In this document: piece by piece, positions 13,299-25,810 of the stretch
Layout: each line of letters begins with the position of its first letter
Numbering within the stretch: position 1 is the stretch's first letter
Source: Mobula hypostoma
Lineage: Eukaryota
Direction: 5' to 3'
Length of the DNA: 64,000 bases
Assembly: GCF_963921235.1 (NCBI RefSeq)
Contig: NC_086108.1
Coordinates: 3,224,001 to 3,288,000 of the forward strand
Program-made: the position numbers and the translations under genes
Notes under the pieces: model-generated
Seen by the model: only the letters and a program-made list of their open reading frames with translations
The model's database searches: none
What the model was told of the DNA's origin: nothing

Positions 13299-16200
13299 CA
13301 ACACACACAAAATGCTGGAGGAACTCAGCAGGTCAGACAGTGTCGATGGTCAGAGTAACACACACAAAATGCTGGAGGAACTCAGCAAGTCAGACAGTGT
13401 CGATGGTCAGAGTAACACACACAAAATGCTGGAGGAACTCAGCAGGTCAGACAGTGTCGATGGTCAGAGTAACACACACAAAATGCTGGAGGAACTCAGC
13501 AGGTCAGACAGTGTCGATGGTCAGAGTAACACACACAAAATGCTGGAGGAACTCAGCAGATCAGACAGTGTCGATGGTCAGAGTAACACACACAAAATGC
13601 TGGAGGAACTCAGCACGTCAGACAGATCGATGGTCAGAGTAACACACACAAAATGCTGGAGGAACTCAGCAGGTCAGACAGTGTCGATGGTCAGAGTAAC
13701 ACACACAAAATGCTGGAGGAACTCAGCAGGTCAGACAGTGTCGATGGTCAGAGTAACACACACAAAATGCTGGAGGAACTCAGCAAGTCAGACAGTGTCG
13801 ATGGTCAGAGTAACACACACAAAATGCTGGAGGAACTCAGCAGGTCAGACAGTGTCGATGGTCAGAGTAACACACACAAAATGCTGGAGGAACTCAGCAG
13901 GTCAGACAGTGTCGATGGTCAGAGTAACACACACAAAATGCTGGAGGAACTCAGCAGATCAGACAGTGTCGATGGTCAGAGTAACACACACAAAATGCTG
14001 GAGGAACTCAGCACGTCAGACAGATCGATGGTCAGAGTAACACACACAAAATGCTGGAGGAACTCAGCAGGTCAGACAGTGTCGATGGTCAGAGTAACAC
14101 ACACAAAATGCTGGAGGAACTCAGCAGGTCAGACAGTGTCGATGGTCAGAGTAACACACACAAAATGCTGGAGGAACTCAGCAGGTCAGACAATGTCGAT
14201 GGTCAGAGTAACACACACAAAATGCTGGAGGAACTCAGCCGGTCAGACAGTGTCGATGGTCAGAGTAACACACACAAAATGCTGGAGGAACTCAGCAGGT
14301 CAGACAGTGTCGATGGTCAGAGTAACACACACAAAATGCTGGAGGAACTCAGCAGGTCAGACAGTGTCGATGGTCAGAGTAACACACACAAAATGCTGGA
14401 GGAACTCAGCAGATCAGACAGTGTCGATGGTCAGAGTAACACACACAAAATGCTGGAGGAACTCAGCAGGTCAGACAGTGTCGATGGTCAGAGTAACACA
14501 CACAAAATGCTGGAGGAACTCAGCAGGTCAGACAGTGTCGATGGTCAGAGTAACACACACAAAATGCTGGAGGAACTCAACAGGTCAGACAGTGTCGATG
14601 GTCAGAGTAACACACACAAAATGCTGGAGGAACTCAGCAGATCAGACAGTGTCGATGGTCAGAGTAACACACACAAAATGCTGGAGGAACTCAGCCGGTC
14701 AGACAGATCGATGGTCAGAGTAACACACACAAAATGCTGGAGGAACTCAGCAGGTCAGACAGTGTCGATGGCCAGAGTAACACACACAAAATGCTGGAGG
14801 AACTCAGCAGGTCAGACAGTGTCGATGGTCAGAGTAACACACACAAAATGCTGGAGGAACTCAGCAGGTCAGACAGTGTCGATGGCCAGAGTAACACACA
14901 CGAAATGCTGGAGGAACTCAGCCGGTCAGACAGATCGATGGTCAGAGTAACACACACAAAATGCTGGAGGAACTCAGCAGGTCAGACAGTGTCGATGGCC
15001 AGAGTAACACACACAAAATGCTGGAGGAACTCAGCAGGTCAGACAGTGTCGATGGTCAGAGTAACACACACAAAATGCTGGAGGAACTCAGCAGGTCAGA
15101 CAGTGTCGATGGTCAGAGTAACACACACAAAATGCTGGAGGAACTCAGCAGGTCAGACAGTGTCGATGGCCAGAGTAACACACACGAAATGCTGGAGGAA
15201 CTCAGCAGGTCAGACATTGTCGATGGTCAGAGTAACACACACAAAATGCTGGAGGAACTTAGCAGGTCAGATAGTGTCTCAGGTCAGAGTAACACACACA
15301 AAATGCTGGAGGAACTCAGCGGGTCAGACAGTGTCGATGGTCAGAGTAACACACACAAAATGCTGGAGGAACTCGGCAGGTCAGACAGTGTTGATGGCCA
15401 GAGTAACACACACAAAATGCTGGAGGAACTCAGCAGGTCAGACAGTGTTGATGGCCAGAGTAACACACACAAAATGCTGGAGGAACTCAGCAGGTCAGGC
15501 AGTGTCGATGGACAGAGCAACACACACAAAATGCTGGAGGAACTCAGCAGGTCAGACAGTGTCGATGGTCAGAGTAACACACACAAAATGCTGGAGGAAC
15601 TCAGCAGGTCAGGCAGTGTCGATGGACAGAGCAACACACACAAAATGCTGGAGGAACTCAGCAGGTCAGATAGTGTCGATGGTCAGAGTAACACACACAA
15701 AATGCTGGAGGAACTCAGCAGGTCAGACAGTGTCGATGGACAGAGTAACACACACAAAATGCTGGAGGAACTCAGCAGGTCAGACAGTGTCGATGGTCAG
15801 AGTAACACACACAAAATGCTGGAGGAACTCAGCAGGTCAGACAGTGTCGATGGTCAGAGTAACACACACGAAATGCTGGAGGAACTCAGCAGGTCAGACA
15901 GTGTCGATGGTCAGAGTAACACACACAAAATGCTGGAGGAACTTAGCAGGTCAGATAGTGTCTCAGGTCAGAGTAACACACACAAAATGCTGGAGGAACT
16001 CAGCGGGTCAGACAGTGTCGATGGTCAGAGTAACACACACAAAATGCTGGAGGAACTCGGCAGGTCAGACAGTGTTGATGGCCAGAGTAACACACACAAA
16101 ATGCTGGAGGAACTCAGCAGGTCAGACAGTGTCGATGGACAGCAACACACACAAAATGCTGGAGGAACTCAGCAGGTCAGACAGTGTCGATGGTCAGAGT

Positions 16201-19200
16201 AACACACACAAAATGCTGGAGGAACTCAGCAGGTCAGACAGTGTCGATGGCCAGAGTAACACACACAAAATGCTGGAGGAACTCAGCAGGTCAGACAGTG
16301 TCGATGGTCAGAGTAACACACACAAAATGCTGGAGGAACTCAGTGGGTCAGACAGTGTCGATGGTCAGAGTAACACACACAAAATGCTGGAGGAACTCAG
16401 CAGGTCAGACAGTGTCGATGGTCAGAGTAACACACACAAAATGCTGGAGGAACTCAGCAGGTTAGACAGTGTCGATGGTCAGAGTAACACACACAAAATG
16501 CTGGAGGAACTCAGCAGGTCAGACAGTGTCGATGGACAGAGCAACACACACAAAATGCTGGAGGAACTCAGCAGGTCAGACAGTGTTGATGGTCAGAGTA
16601 ACACACAGAAAATGCTGGAGGAACTTAGCGGGTCAGATAGTGTCGATGGTCAGAGTAACACACACAAAATGCTGGAGGAACTCAGCAGGTCAGACAGTGT
16701 CGATGGTCAGAGTAACACACACAAAATGCTGGAGGAACTCAGCAGGTCAGACAGTGTCGATGGTCAGAGTAACACACACAAAATGCTGGAGGAACTCAGC
16801 AGGTCAGACAGTGTCGATGGCCAGAGTAACACACACGAAATGCTGGAGGAACTCAGCAGGTCAGACATTGTCGATGGTCAGAGTAACACACAGAAAATGC
16901 TGGAGGAACTTAGCAGGTCAGATAGTGTCTCAGGTCAGAGTAACACACACAAAATGCTGGAGGAACTCAGCGGGTCAGACAGTGTCGATGGTCAGAGTAA
17001 CACACACAAAATGCTGGAGGAACTCGGCAGGTCAGACAGTGTTGATGGTCAGAGTAACACACACGAAATGCTGGAGGAACTCAGCAGGTCAGACAGTGTC
17101 GATGGTCAGAGTAACACACACGAAATGCTGGAGGAACTCAGCAGGTCAGACAGTGTCAATTGTCAGAGTAACACACACAAAATGCTGGAGGAACTCAGCA
17201 GGTCAGACAGTGTTGATGGTCAGAGTAACACACACGAAATGCTGAAGGAACTCAGCAGGTCGGACAGTGTCGATGGTCAGAGTAACAACACAAAATGCTG
17301 GAGGAACTCAGCAGGTCAGACAGTGTCGATGGTCAGAGTAACACACATAAAATGCTGGAGGAACTCAGCAGGTCAGACAGTGTCGATGGTCAGAGTAACA
17401 CACACAAAATGCTGGAGGAACTCAGCAGGTCAGACAGAGTCTATGGTCAGAGTAACACACACAAAATGCTGGAGGAACTCAGCAGGTCAGACAGTGTCGA
17501 TGGTCAGAGTAACACACACAAAATGCTGGAGGAACTCAGCAGGTCAGACAGTGTCGATGGTCAGAGTAACACACACAAAATGCTGGAGGAACTCAGCAGG
17601 TCAGACAGTGTCGATGGACAGAGTAACACACACAAAATTCTGGAGGAACTCAGCAGGTCAGACCGTGTCGATGGTCAGAGTAACACACACAAAATGCTGG
17701 AGGAACTCAGTGGGTCAGACAGTGTCGATGGTCAGAGTAACACACACAAAATGCTGGAGGAACTCAGCGGGTCAGACAGTGTCGATGGTCAGAGTAACAC
17801 ACACGAAATGCTGGAGGAACTCAGCAGGTCAGACAGTGTCGATGGTCAGAGTAACACACACGAAATGCTGGAGGAACTCAGCAGGTCAGACAGTGTCGAT
17901 GGTCAGAGTAACACAGACAAAATGCTGGAGGAACTCAGCAGGTCAGAGAGTGTCGATGGTCAGAGTAACACACACGAAATGCTGGAGGAACTCAGCCAGT
18001 CAGACAGTGTCTGAGGTCAGAGTAACACACACAAAATGCTGGAGGAACTCAGCAGGTCAGACAGCGTCGATGGTCAGAGTAACACACACGAAATGCTGGA
18101 GGAACTCAGCAGGTCAGACAGTGTCGATGGTCAGAGTAACACAGACAAAATGCTGGAGGAACTCAGCAGGTCAGAGAGTGTCGATGGTCAGAGTAACACA
18201 CACGAAATGCTGGAGGAACTCAGCCAGTCAGACAGTGTCTGAGGTCAGAGTAACACACACAAAATGCTGGAGGAACTCAGCAGGTCAGACAGCGTCGATG
18301 GTCAGAGTAACACAGACAAAATGCTGAAGGAACTCAGCGGGTCAGACAGTGTCGATGGTCAGAGTAACACACACAAAATGCTGGAGGAACTCAGCAGGTC
18401 AGACAGTGTTGATGGTCAGAGTAACACACACAAAATGCTGGAGGAACTCGGCAGGTCAGACAGTGTCGATGGTCAGAGTAACACACACAAAATGCTGGAG
18501 GAACTCAGCAGGTCAGACAGTGTCGATGGTCAGAGTAACACACACAAAATGCTGGAGGAACTCAGCAGGTCAGACAGTGTCGATGGTCAGAGTAACACAC
18601 ACAAAATGCTGGATGAATTCAGCAGGTCAGACAGTGTCGATGGTCAGAGCAACACACACAAAATGCTGGAGGAACTCAGCAGGTCAGAGAGTGTTGATGG
18701 TCAGAGTAACACACACAAAATGCTGGAGGAACTTAGCGGGTCAGATAGTGTCGATGGTCAGAGTAACACACACAAAATGCTGGAGGAACTCAGCAGGTCA
18801 GACAGTGTCGATGGTCAGAGTAACACACACAAAATGCTGGAGGAACTCAGCAGGTCAGACAGTGTCGATGGTCAGAGTAACACACACAAAATGCTGGAGG
18901 AACTCAGCAGGTCAGACAGTGTCTATGGACAGAGTAACACACACAAAATGCTGGAGGAACTCAGCAGGTCAGACAGTGTTGATGGTCAGAGTAACACACA
19001 CAAAATGCTGGAGGAACTTAGCGGGTCAGATAGTGTCGATGGTCAGAGTAACACACACAAAATGCTGGAGGAACTCAGCAGGTCAGACAGTGTCGATGGT
19101 CAGAGTAACACACACAAAATGCTGGATGAATTCAGCAGGTCAGACAGTGTTGATGGTCAGAGTAACACACACAAAATGCTGGAGGAACTTAGCGGGTCAG

Positions 19201-22200
19201 ACAGTGTCGATGGTCAGAGTAACACACACAAAATGCTGGAGGAACTCAGCAGGTCAGACAGTGTCGATGGTCAGAGTAACACACACAAAATGCTGGATGA
19301 ATTCAGCAGGTCAGACAGTGTCGATGGTCAGAGTAACACACACAAAATGCTGGAGGAACTCAGCAGGTTAGACAGTGTCGATGGTCAGAGTAACACACAC
19401 AAAATGCTGGAGGAACTCAGCAGGTCAGACAGTGTCGATGGACAGAGCAACACACACAAAATGCTGGAGGAACTCAGCAGGTCAGACAGTGTTGATGGTC
19501 AGAGTAACACACACAAAATGCTGGAGGAACTCGGCAGGTCAGACAGTGTCGATGGTCAGAGTAACACACACAAAATGCTGGAGGAACTCAGCAGGTCAGA
19601 CAGTGTCGATGGTCAGAGTAACACACACAAAATGCTGGAGGAACTCAGCAGGTCAGACAGTGTCGATGGTCAGAGTAACACACTCAAAATGCTGGATGAA
19701 TTCAGCAGGTCAGACAGTGTCGATGGTCAGAGTAACACACACAAAATGCTGGAGGAACTCAGCAGGTTAGACAGTGTCGATGGTCAGAGTAACACACACA
19801 AAATGCTGGAGGAACTCAGCAGGTCAGACAGTGTCTATGGACAGAGTAACACACACAAAATGCTGGAGGAACTCAGCAGATCAGACAGTGTCGATGGTCA
19901 GAGTAACAACACAAAATGCTGGAGGAACTCAGCAGGTCAGACAGTGTCGATGGTCAGAGTAACACACACAAAATGCTGGAGGAACTCAGCAGGTCAGACA
20001 GTGTCGATGGTCAGAGTAACACACACAAAATGCTGGAGGAACTCAGCAGGTCAGACAGTGTCGATGGTCAGAGTAACAGACACAAAATGCTGGAGGAACT
20101 CAGCAGGTCAGACAGTGTCGATGGACAGAGCAACACACACAAAATGCTGGAGGAACTCAGCAGGTCAGACAGTGTTGATGGTCAGAGTAACACACACAAA
20201 ATGCTGGAGGAACTCGGCAGGTCAGACAGTGTCGATGGTCAGAGTAACACACACAAAATGCTGGAGGAACTCAGCAGGTCAGACAGTGTCGATGGTCAGA
20301 GTAACACACACAAAATGCTGGAGGAACTCAGCAGGTCAGACAGTGTCGATGGTCAGAGTAACACACACAAAATGCTGGATGAATTCAGCAGGTCAGACAG
20401 TGTCGATGGTCAGAGTAACACACACAAAATGCTGGAGGAACTCAGCAGGTCAGACAGTGTCGATGGTCAGAGTAACACACACAAAATGCTGGATGAATTC
20501 AGCAGGTCAGACAGTGTCGATGGTCAGAGTAACACACACAAAATGCTGGAGGAACTCAGCAGGTTAGACAGTGTCGATGGTCAGAGTAACACACACAAAA
20601 TGCTGGAGGAACTCAGCAGGTCAGACAGTGTCGATGGACAGAGCAACACACACAAAATGCTGGAGGAACTCAGCAGGTCAGACAGTGTTGATGGTCAGAG
20701 TAACACACACAAAATGCTGGAGGAACTTAGCGGGTCAGATAGTGTCGATGGTCAGAGTAACACACACAAAATGCTGGAGGAACTCAGCAGGTCAGACAGT
20801 GTCGATGGTCAGAGTAACACACACAAAATGCTGGAGGAACTCAGCAGGTCAGACAGTGTCGATGGTCAGAGTAACACACACAAAATGCTGGAGGAACTCA
20901 GCAGGTCAGACAGTGTCGATGGTCAGAGTAACACACACAAAATGCTGGAGGAACTCAGCAGGTCAGACAGTGTCGATGGTCAGAGTAACACACACAAAAT
21001 GCTGGAGGAACTCAGCAGGTCAGACAGTGTCGATGGTCAGAGTAACACACACAAAATGCTGGAGGAACTCAGCAGGTCAGACTGTCGATGGACAGAGCAA
21101 CACACACAAAATGCTGGAGGAACTCAGCAGGTCAGACAGTGTTGATGGTCAGAGTAACACACACAAAATGCTGGAGGAACTTAGCGGGTCAGATAGTGTC
21201 GATGGTCAGAGTAACACACACAAAATGCTGGAGGAACTCAGCAGGTCAGACAGTGTCTATGGACAGAGCAACACACACAAAATGCTGGAGGAACTCAGCA
21301 GGTCAGACAGTGTTGATGGTCAGAGTAACACACACAAAATGCTGGAGGAACTCAGCAGGTCAGACAGTGTCGATGGTCAGAGTAACACACACAAAATGCT
21401 GGAGGAACTCGGCAGGTCAGACAGTGTCGATGGTCAGAGTAACACACACAAAATGCTGGAGGAACTCAGCAGGTCAGACAGTGTCGATGGTCAGAGTAAC
21501 ACACACAAAATGCTGGAGGAACTCAGCAGGTCAGACAGTGTCGATGGTCAGAGTAACACACACAAAATGCTGGATGAATTCAGCAGGTCAGACAGTGTCG
21601 ATGGTCAGAGTAACACACACAAAATGCTGGAGGAACTCAGCAGATTAGACAGTGTCGATGGTCAGAGTAACACACACAAAATGCTGGAGGAACTCAGCAG
21701 GTCAGACAGTGTCGATGGACAGAGCAACACACACAAAATGCTGGAGGAACTCAGCAGGTCAGACAGTGTTGATGGTCAGAGTAACACACACAAAATGCTG
21801 GAGGAACTCGGCAGGTCAGACAGTGTCGATGGTCAGAGTAACACACACAAAATGCTGGAGGAACTCAGCAGGTCAGACAGTGTTGATGGTCAGAGTAACA
21901 CACACAAAATGCTGGAGGAACTCGGCAGGTCAGACAGTGTCGATGGTCAGAGTAACACACACAAAATGCTGGAGGAACTTAGCGGGTCAGATAGTGTCGA
22001 TGGTCAGAGTAACACACACAAAATGCTGGAGGAACTCAGCAGGTCAGACAGTGTCGATGGTCAGAGTAACACACACAAAATGCTGGAGGAACTCAGCAGG
22101 TCAGACAGTGTCGATGGTCAGAGTAACACACACAAAATGCTGGATGAATTCAGCAGGTCAGACAGTGTCTATGGACAGAGTAACACACACAAAATGCTGG

Positions 22201-22450
22201 AGGAACTCAGCCGGTCAGACAGTGTCGATGGTCAGAGTAACACACACAAAATGCTGGAGGAACTCAGCAGGTCAGACAGTGTCGATGGCCAGAGTAACAC
22301 ACACAGAATGCTGGAGGAACTCAGCAGGTCAGACATTATCGATGGTCAGAGTAACACACACAAAATGCTGGAGGAACTTAGCAGGTCAGATAGTGTCTCA
22401 GGTCAGAGTAACACACACAAAATGCTGGAGGAACTCAGCAGGTCAGACAG
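13299..22450 (+). repeat. 57-bp satellite array, about 160 copies, derived from the terminus of a Penelope-like element
   Basis: Unit aacacacacaaaatgctggaggaactcagcaggtcagacagtgtcgatggtcagagt is repeated head-to-tail for about 9.15 kb with occasional 54-56 bp variants. The first ~40 nt match the dispersed pLTR sequence seen in reverse at 2839-2880 and 56404-56448. Confidence 0.97.
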
Positions 22451-22494
22451 CATGTGTGGAGAGGAATAAAGAGTCAATATATCAAAGCAGGAGC

Positions 22495-23010
22495 CTTCCC
22501 AGTGGCCAAAAATTTCTATTTCCATTCCCATTCCCATTCTGACATGCTGGTCCATGGCCTCCTCTTGTGCCCAGATGAGGCCACCCTCGGGGTGAAAGAG
22601 CAACACCTTATATTCCATCTGGGTGGCCATCAACCTGATGGCATAAATATCGATTTCTCCTTCTGGTGAAAAGCAATTACCTCCCCTCCTCTTCTTGCAT
22701 TCCCCATTGGCTTCTTACTTCTCACCTGCCTATTACCTCCCCCTGGGTCCCCTCCTCCTTCTCTTTCTCTCATGGTCCTCCTCTCCTGTCAGATTCCTTC
22801 CTCTTCAGCCATTTACCTTTCGCACACAGCTGGCTTCACCCATCACCGTTCAGCTATCCTCATTTTCACCCCCCCAACCCCCCTACCTTTTTATTCTGGC
22901 ATCTTCCCCCTTCCTTTCCCAGCTGAAGAAGGGGTTCCGGTCTGAAAGTTGACTGTTTATTCTTTCTGAGATTTGCTGCCCGACTTCCTGCAGTGTTTTG
23001 TGTTTGTTAC
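22495..23010 (+). mobile_element. Penelope-like element 3' fragment (degenerate GIY-YIG tail + pLTR)
   Basis: Homologous to 11285-11855; degenerate hammerhead core at 22922-22955. Confidence 0.8.
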
Positions 23011-23499
23011 TCAGCTGACCATTTCTTTTGGGGGCGAGGGACTGGGGTTGCGGTGACTCAGTCCCACAAGGAAGAGAGCCTTACAACAAGATGCTCTCAA
23101 TATCTTCCACATCTTGGATTTCATGAGTCACTCAGAATCAGATTATTTCCCTTTCCCTGCGTTACACAGGTAAACTTCCTCTTCCAGTCCCCGAACCACA
23201 TTCTTCTCTCTCTTATGTAACACCCACACTTAATGTAATATGTGAAAATAAATAACGCCTCCTTTCTTATGGTGAACAGAGATACCTATCGTTGTATTAT
23301 TCTTAAAACTTTTTTTCCACTTATTTTTCCTTTTGTAAGTTTATTTTGACAGTTTCAGAAATAAAATGATTCAATTCATTCCAACTATGTTTTTAAAGCT
23401 TTCAGAAAACCACTGAGAGTAGAATTCACTCATTCCAGGGGTTCCAGATTGAAGTGTGTGGTGTCTGAGAAGATCAAGCATTTCCTGGCTAGTATGGCC

Positions 23500-24120
23500 A
23501 TGGGCACATTGGCCTTCCTAAATCAAAGTATGGAGTACAGGAGACGGGATGTTATGTTGAAGTTGTACACAACTTGGTGAGGTCTAATTTGGAGTATTGG
23601 GTGCAGGTTTGGTCACCTACCTACCATAATGATGTAAATAAAGTTGAAAGAGTACAGAGAATATTTACAAGGATGTAGCTGGGTCTGAAAGGCCTGAGTT
23701 ATAAGGAAAGTTTGAAAAAGTTAGAACTTGCAACATAGAAGGTTGAGAGGAGATTTGAAAGTGGTATACAAAATTATGAAGGGTATAGATAGGGTAAATT
23801 CAAGCAGGCTTTTTCCGCTGAGGTTGGGTGGGTCTGCAATTAGAGATCATGGGTTAAGGGTGAAAGGTGAGAAGTTTAAAGGGGACATGAGGGGAAACTT
23901 CTTCACTCAGAGGGTGGCGAGAGTGTGGAACGAGCTGCCAGCCCAGATGGGAAATGTGGGGTCGATTTCAATGTTTAACAGCAGTTTGGATAGGTACATG
24001 GATGGTAGGGGTATGGAGGGCTATGGTCCTGGTGCAGGTCGATGGGAGTAGGCAGTTTAAATGGTTTCGGCATGGACTAGATGGGCCAAATGTTCTGCTT
24101 CCGTGCTGCACTCCTCTATG
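23500..24120 (+). mobile_element. CR1 3' fragment
   Basis: RRLRGDLKVVYKIMKG...FFTQRVARVWNELP. Confidence 0.9.
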
Positions 24121-24255
24121 ACTGGCGTAGGCAAAGGTACATCTGTGTGCCTTGGTCTGTGAAAAGGTCATGGGGATGGGACTGTGAGGGAAGGAAGGGG
24201 GAAGAAGGGAGGGGGAGAGAGAGAGGGAGTGATTCAGGCTCAGATTTGTTTCTGC

Positions 24256-25810
24256 TCAGTGCCCACTCTATTAGGTACACCTGTACACCTGCTCGTGAAT
24301 GCAAATATCTAATCAGCCAATCATGTAGCAGCAACTCAATGCATAAAAGCAGGCAGACACGGCCAAGAGGTTCAGCTGTTCTTCAGATCAAACGTCAGAA
24401 TGGGGAAGGAATATGATCTCAGTGACTTTGACTGTGGAATGATTGTTGGTGCCAGACGGGGTGGTTAGAGTATCTCAGAAACTCAGAATCACGTTTAATA
24501 TCACCGACATCTGTTGTGAAATTCGTTGTTTTGGGGCAGCAGTACATTGCAATACATAATATAAAGAACTATACGTGTACATATACATGTAAATTAAATA
24601 AGTAATGCACAAAGAGAGGGAAAAATTACTGAGGTAATGTTCATGGGTTTATTGTCCATTCAGAAATCTGAAGGTGGAGGGGAAGAAGCTGTTATAAAAC
24701 ATTGAGTGTCTGCCTTCAGACTCCTGTACCTCCTCCCTGATGGTAGTGAAGAGAAGAGGGCATGTCCTGTGTAATGGGCACTGTTTCCTCTAAGCTGCAT
24801 GGGTGCATGGGCACACAGTAACTGAAATGCTTCTGTGCACAAGAACTTCATTGCTGCGCAGCTGTAAATTTCTTGTACATAATGTTAATATAATTTTGAA
24901 ATCTGTGTAAATATAATTGTGAAATACCCTGTAATTAACTAAGTGTTAATGAATATACTCCATAAATTTTCTAAATAAAAAACATACCACAACCTTTACT
25001 TTGCAACATCTTAGAGCTTCAACATATTTACATTGTCAGTATTTCAAGTTACAACACTATTAAAAATTGTAACACTAACCACAGAAGGGAAGTCAGCAAT
25101 AGTTAGCATGTTATCAACTATTGTTGTTGTTAACAGACCGCTGGCCTACTCAACACCAACAGTTGGCACCATTGGAACATTTCAAGCTTCTAGTGCTGAC
25201 TGCGAACATAGATAAGTTTTATGAATTCAATCATGTAAATCCAGAAACAGACTAGAAGTGGAACACTTGGATGATCTAATGAGGATTAACTTGTACCTTT
25301 CATCTGGATGTGAAATTAATCAGGACAGTGTTTATAGACAGTGTATTTGTAATAAAGGCAGATGAGAAAAAGTTTATGATACGTGGAAGATTTTCTTTGT
25401 ACTGTATATAAACGTATCCGTCAATTAATAAATAAAACCAAACTATGTGATTTTTAAATTTTCATTCTAAATATTCATAATATGCATATTACAAAATAAA
25501 AGCATCTAAAATGCTGCACAGTTTTCAGGCTGTGTAAAAATTTCCTGCTCAGAGCTATGGTTGGTCTGCCCAGCAGAAGAAATGTTAGTGATCAGGTTCT
25601 TAATGATGGATGCAGTGCTGATCTCCTGGAGTTTTCAAACACACACACTCACCCAGAGTCTCAGCAGTTTACAGAGAATGGTGTGACAAACAAAACAAAA
25701 ACAGTGTGCAGCAGTTCTGCAGGAGAAAACATCTTGTAAATGGCGCATACCATGTCAAACCTTGAAATGGACAGGTGGACAGGCTGTAGCAGCAGAAGAC
25801 CACGGACATA
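24256..25810 (+). mobile_element. Tc1/mariner relic (transposase N-terminal HTH) split by nested insertions
   Basis: MGKEYDLSDFDCGMIVGARRGG..SET at 24400-24483 resumes ADLL...VYREWC near 25615. A TIR-like start occurs at 24256 and a matching end near 28075-28098. Confidence 0.75.
24778..25590 (+). mobile_element. hAT transposon relic (C-terminal dimerisation domain)
   Basis: GTFQASSADCEH...[frameshift]...KSRNRLEVEHLDDLMRI at about 25170-25290, matching the hAT S.A.CER.FS....K...RNRL motif. A related inverted fragment lies at about 30450-30700. Confidence 0.7.

Noticed and set aside
13299..22450. CRISPR-like array
   Set aside because: No unique spacers, no cas genes, and a eukaryotic context.
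12953..22542. Very long ORFs (up to 1197 aa) of MLEELSRSDSVDGQSNTHK / VRVTHTKCWRNSAGQTVSM repeats
   Set aside because: Artefact of a 57-bp (19-codon) satellite that lacks stops in two frames. Frames switch at indel variants, there is no unique N- or C-terminus, and the unit is TE-derived.
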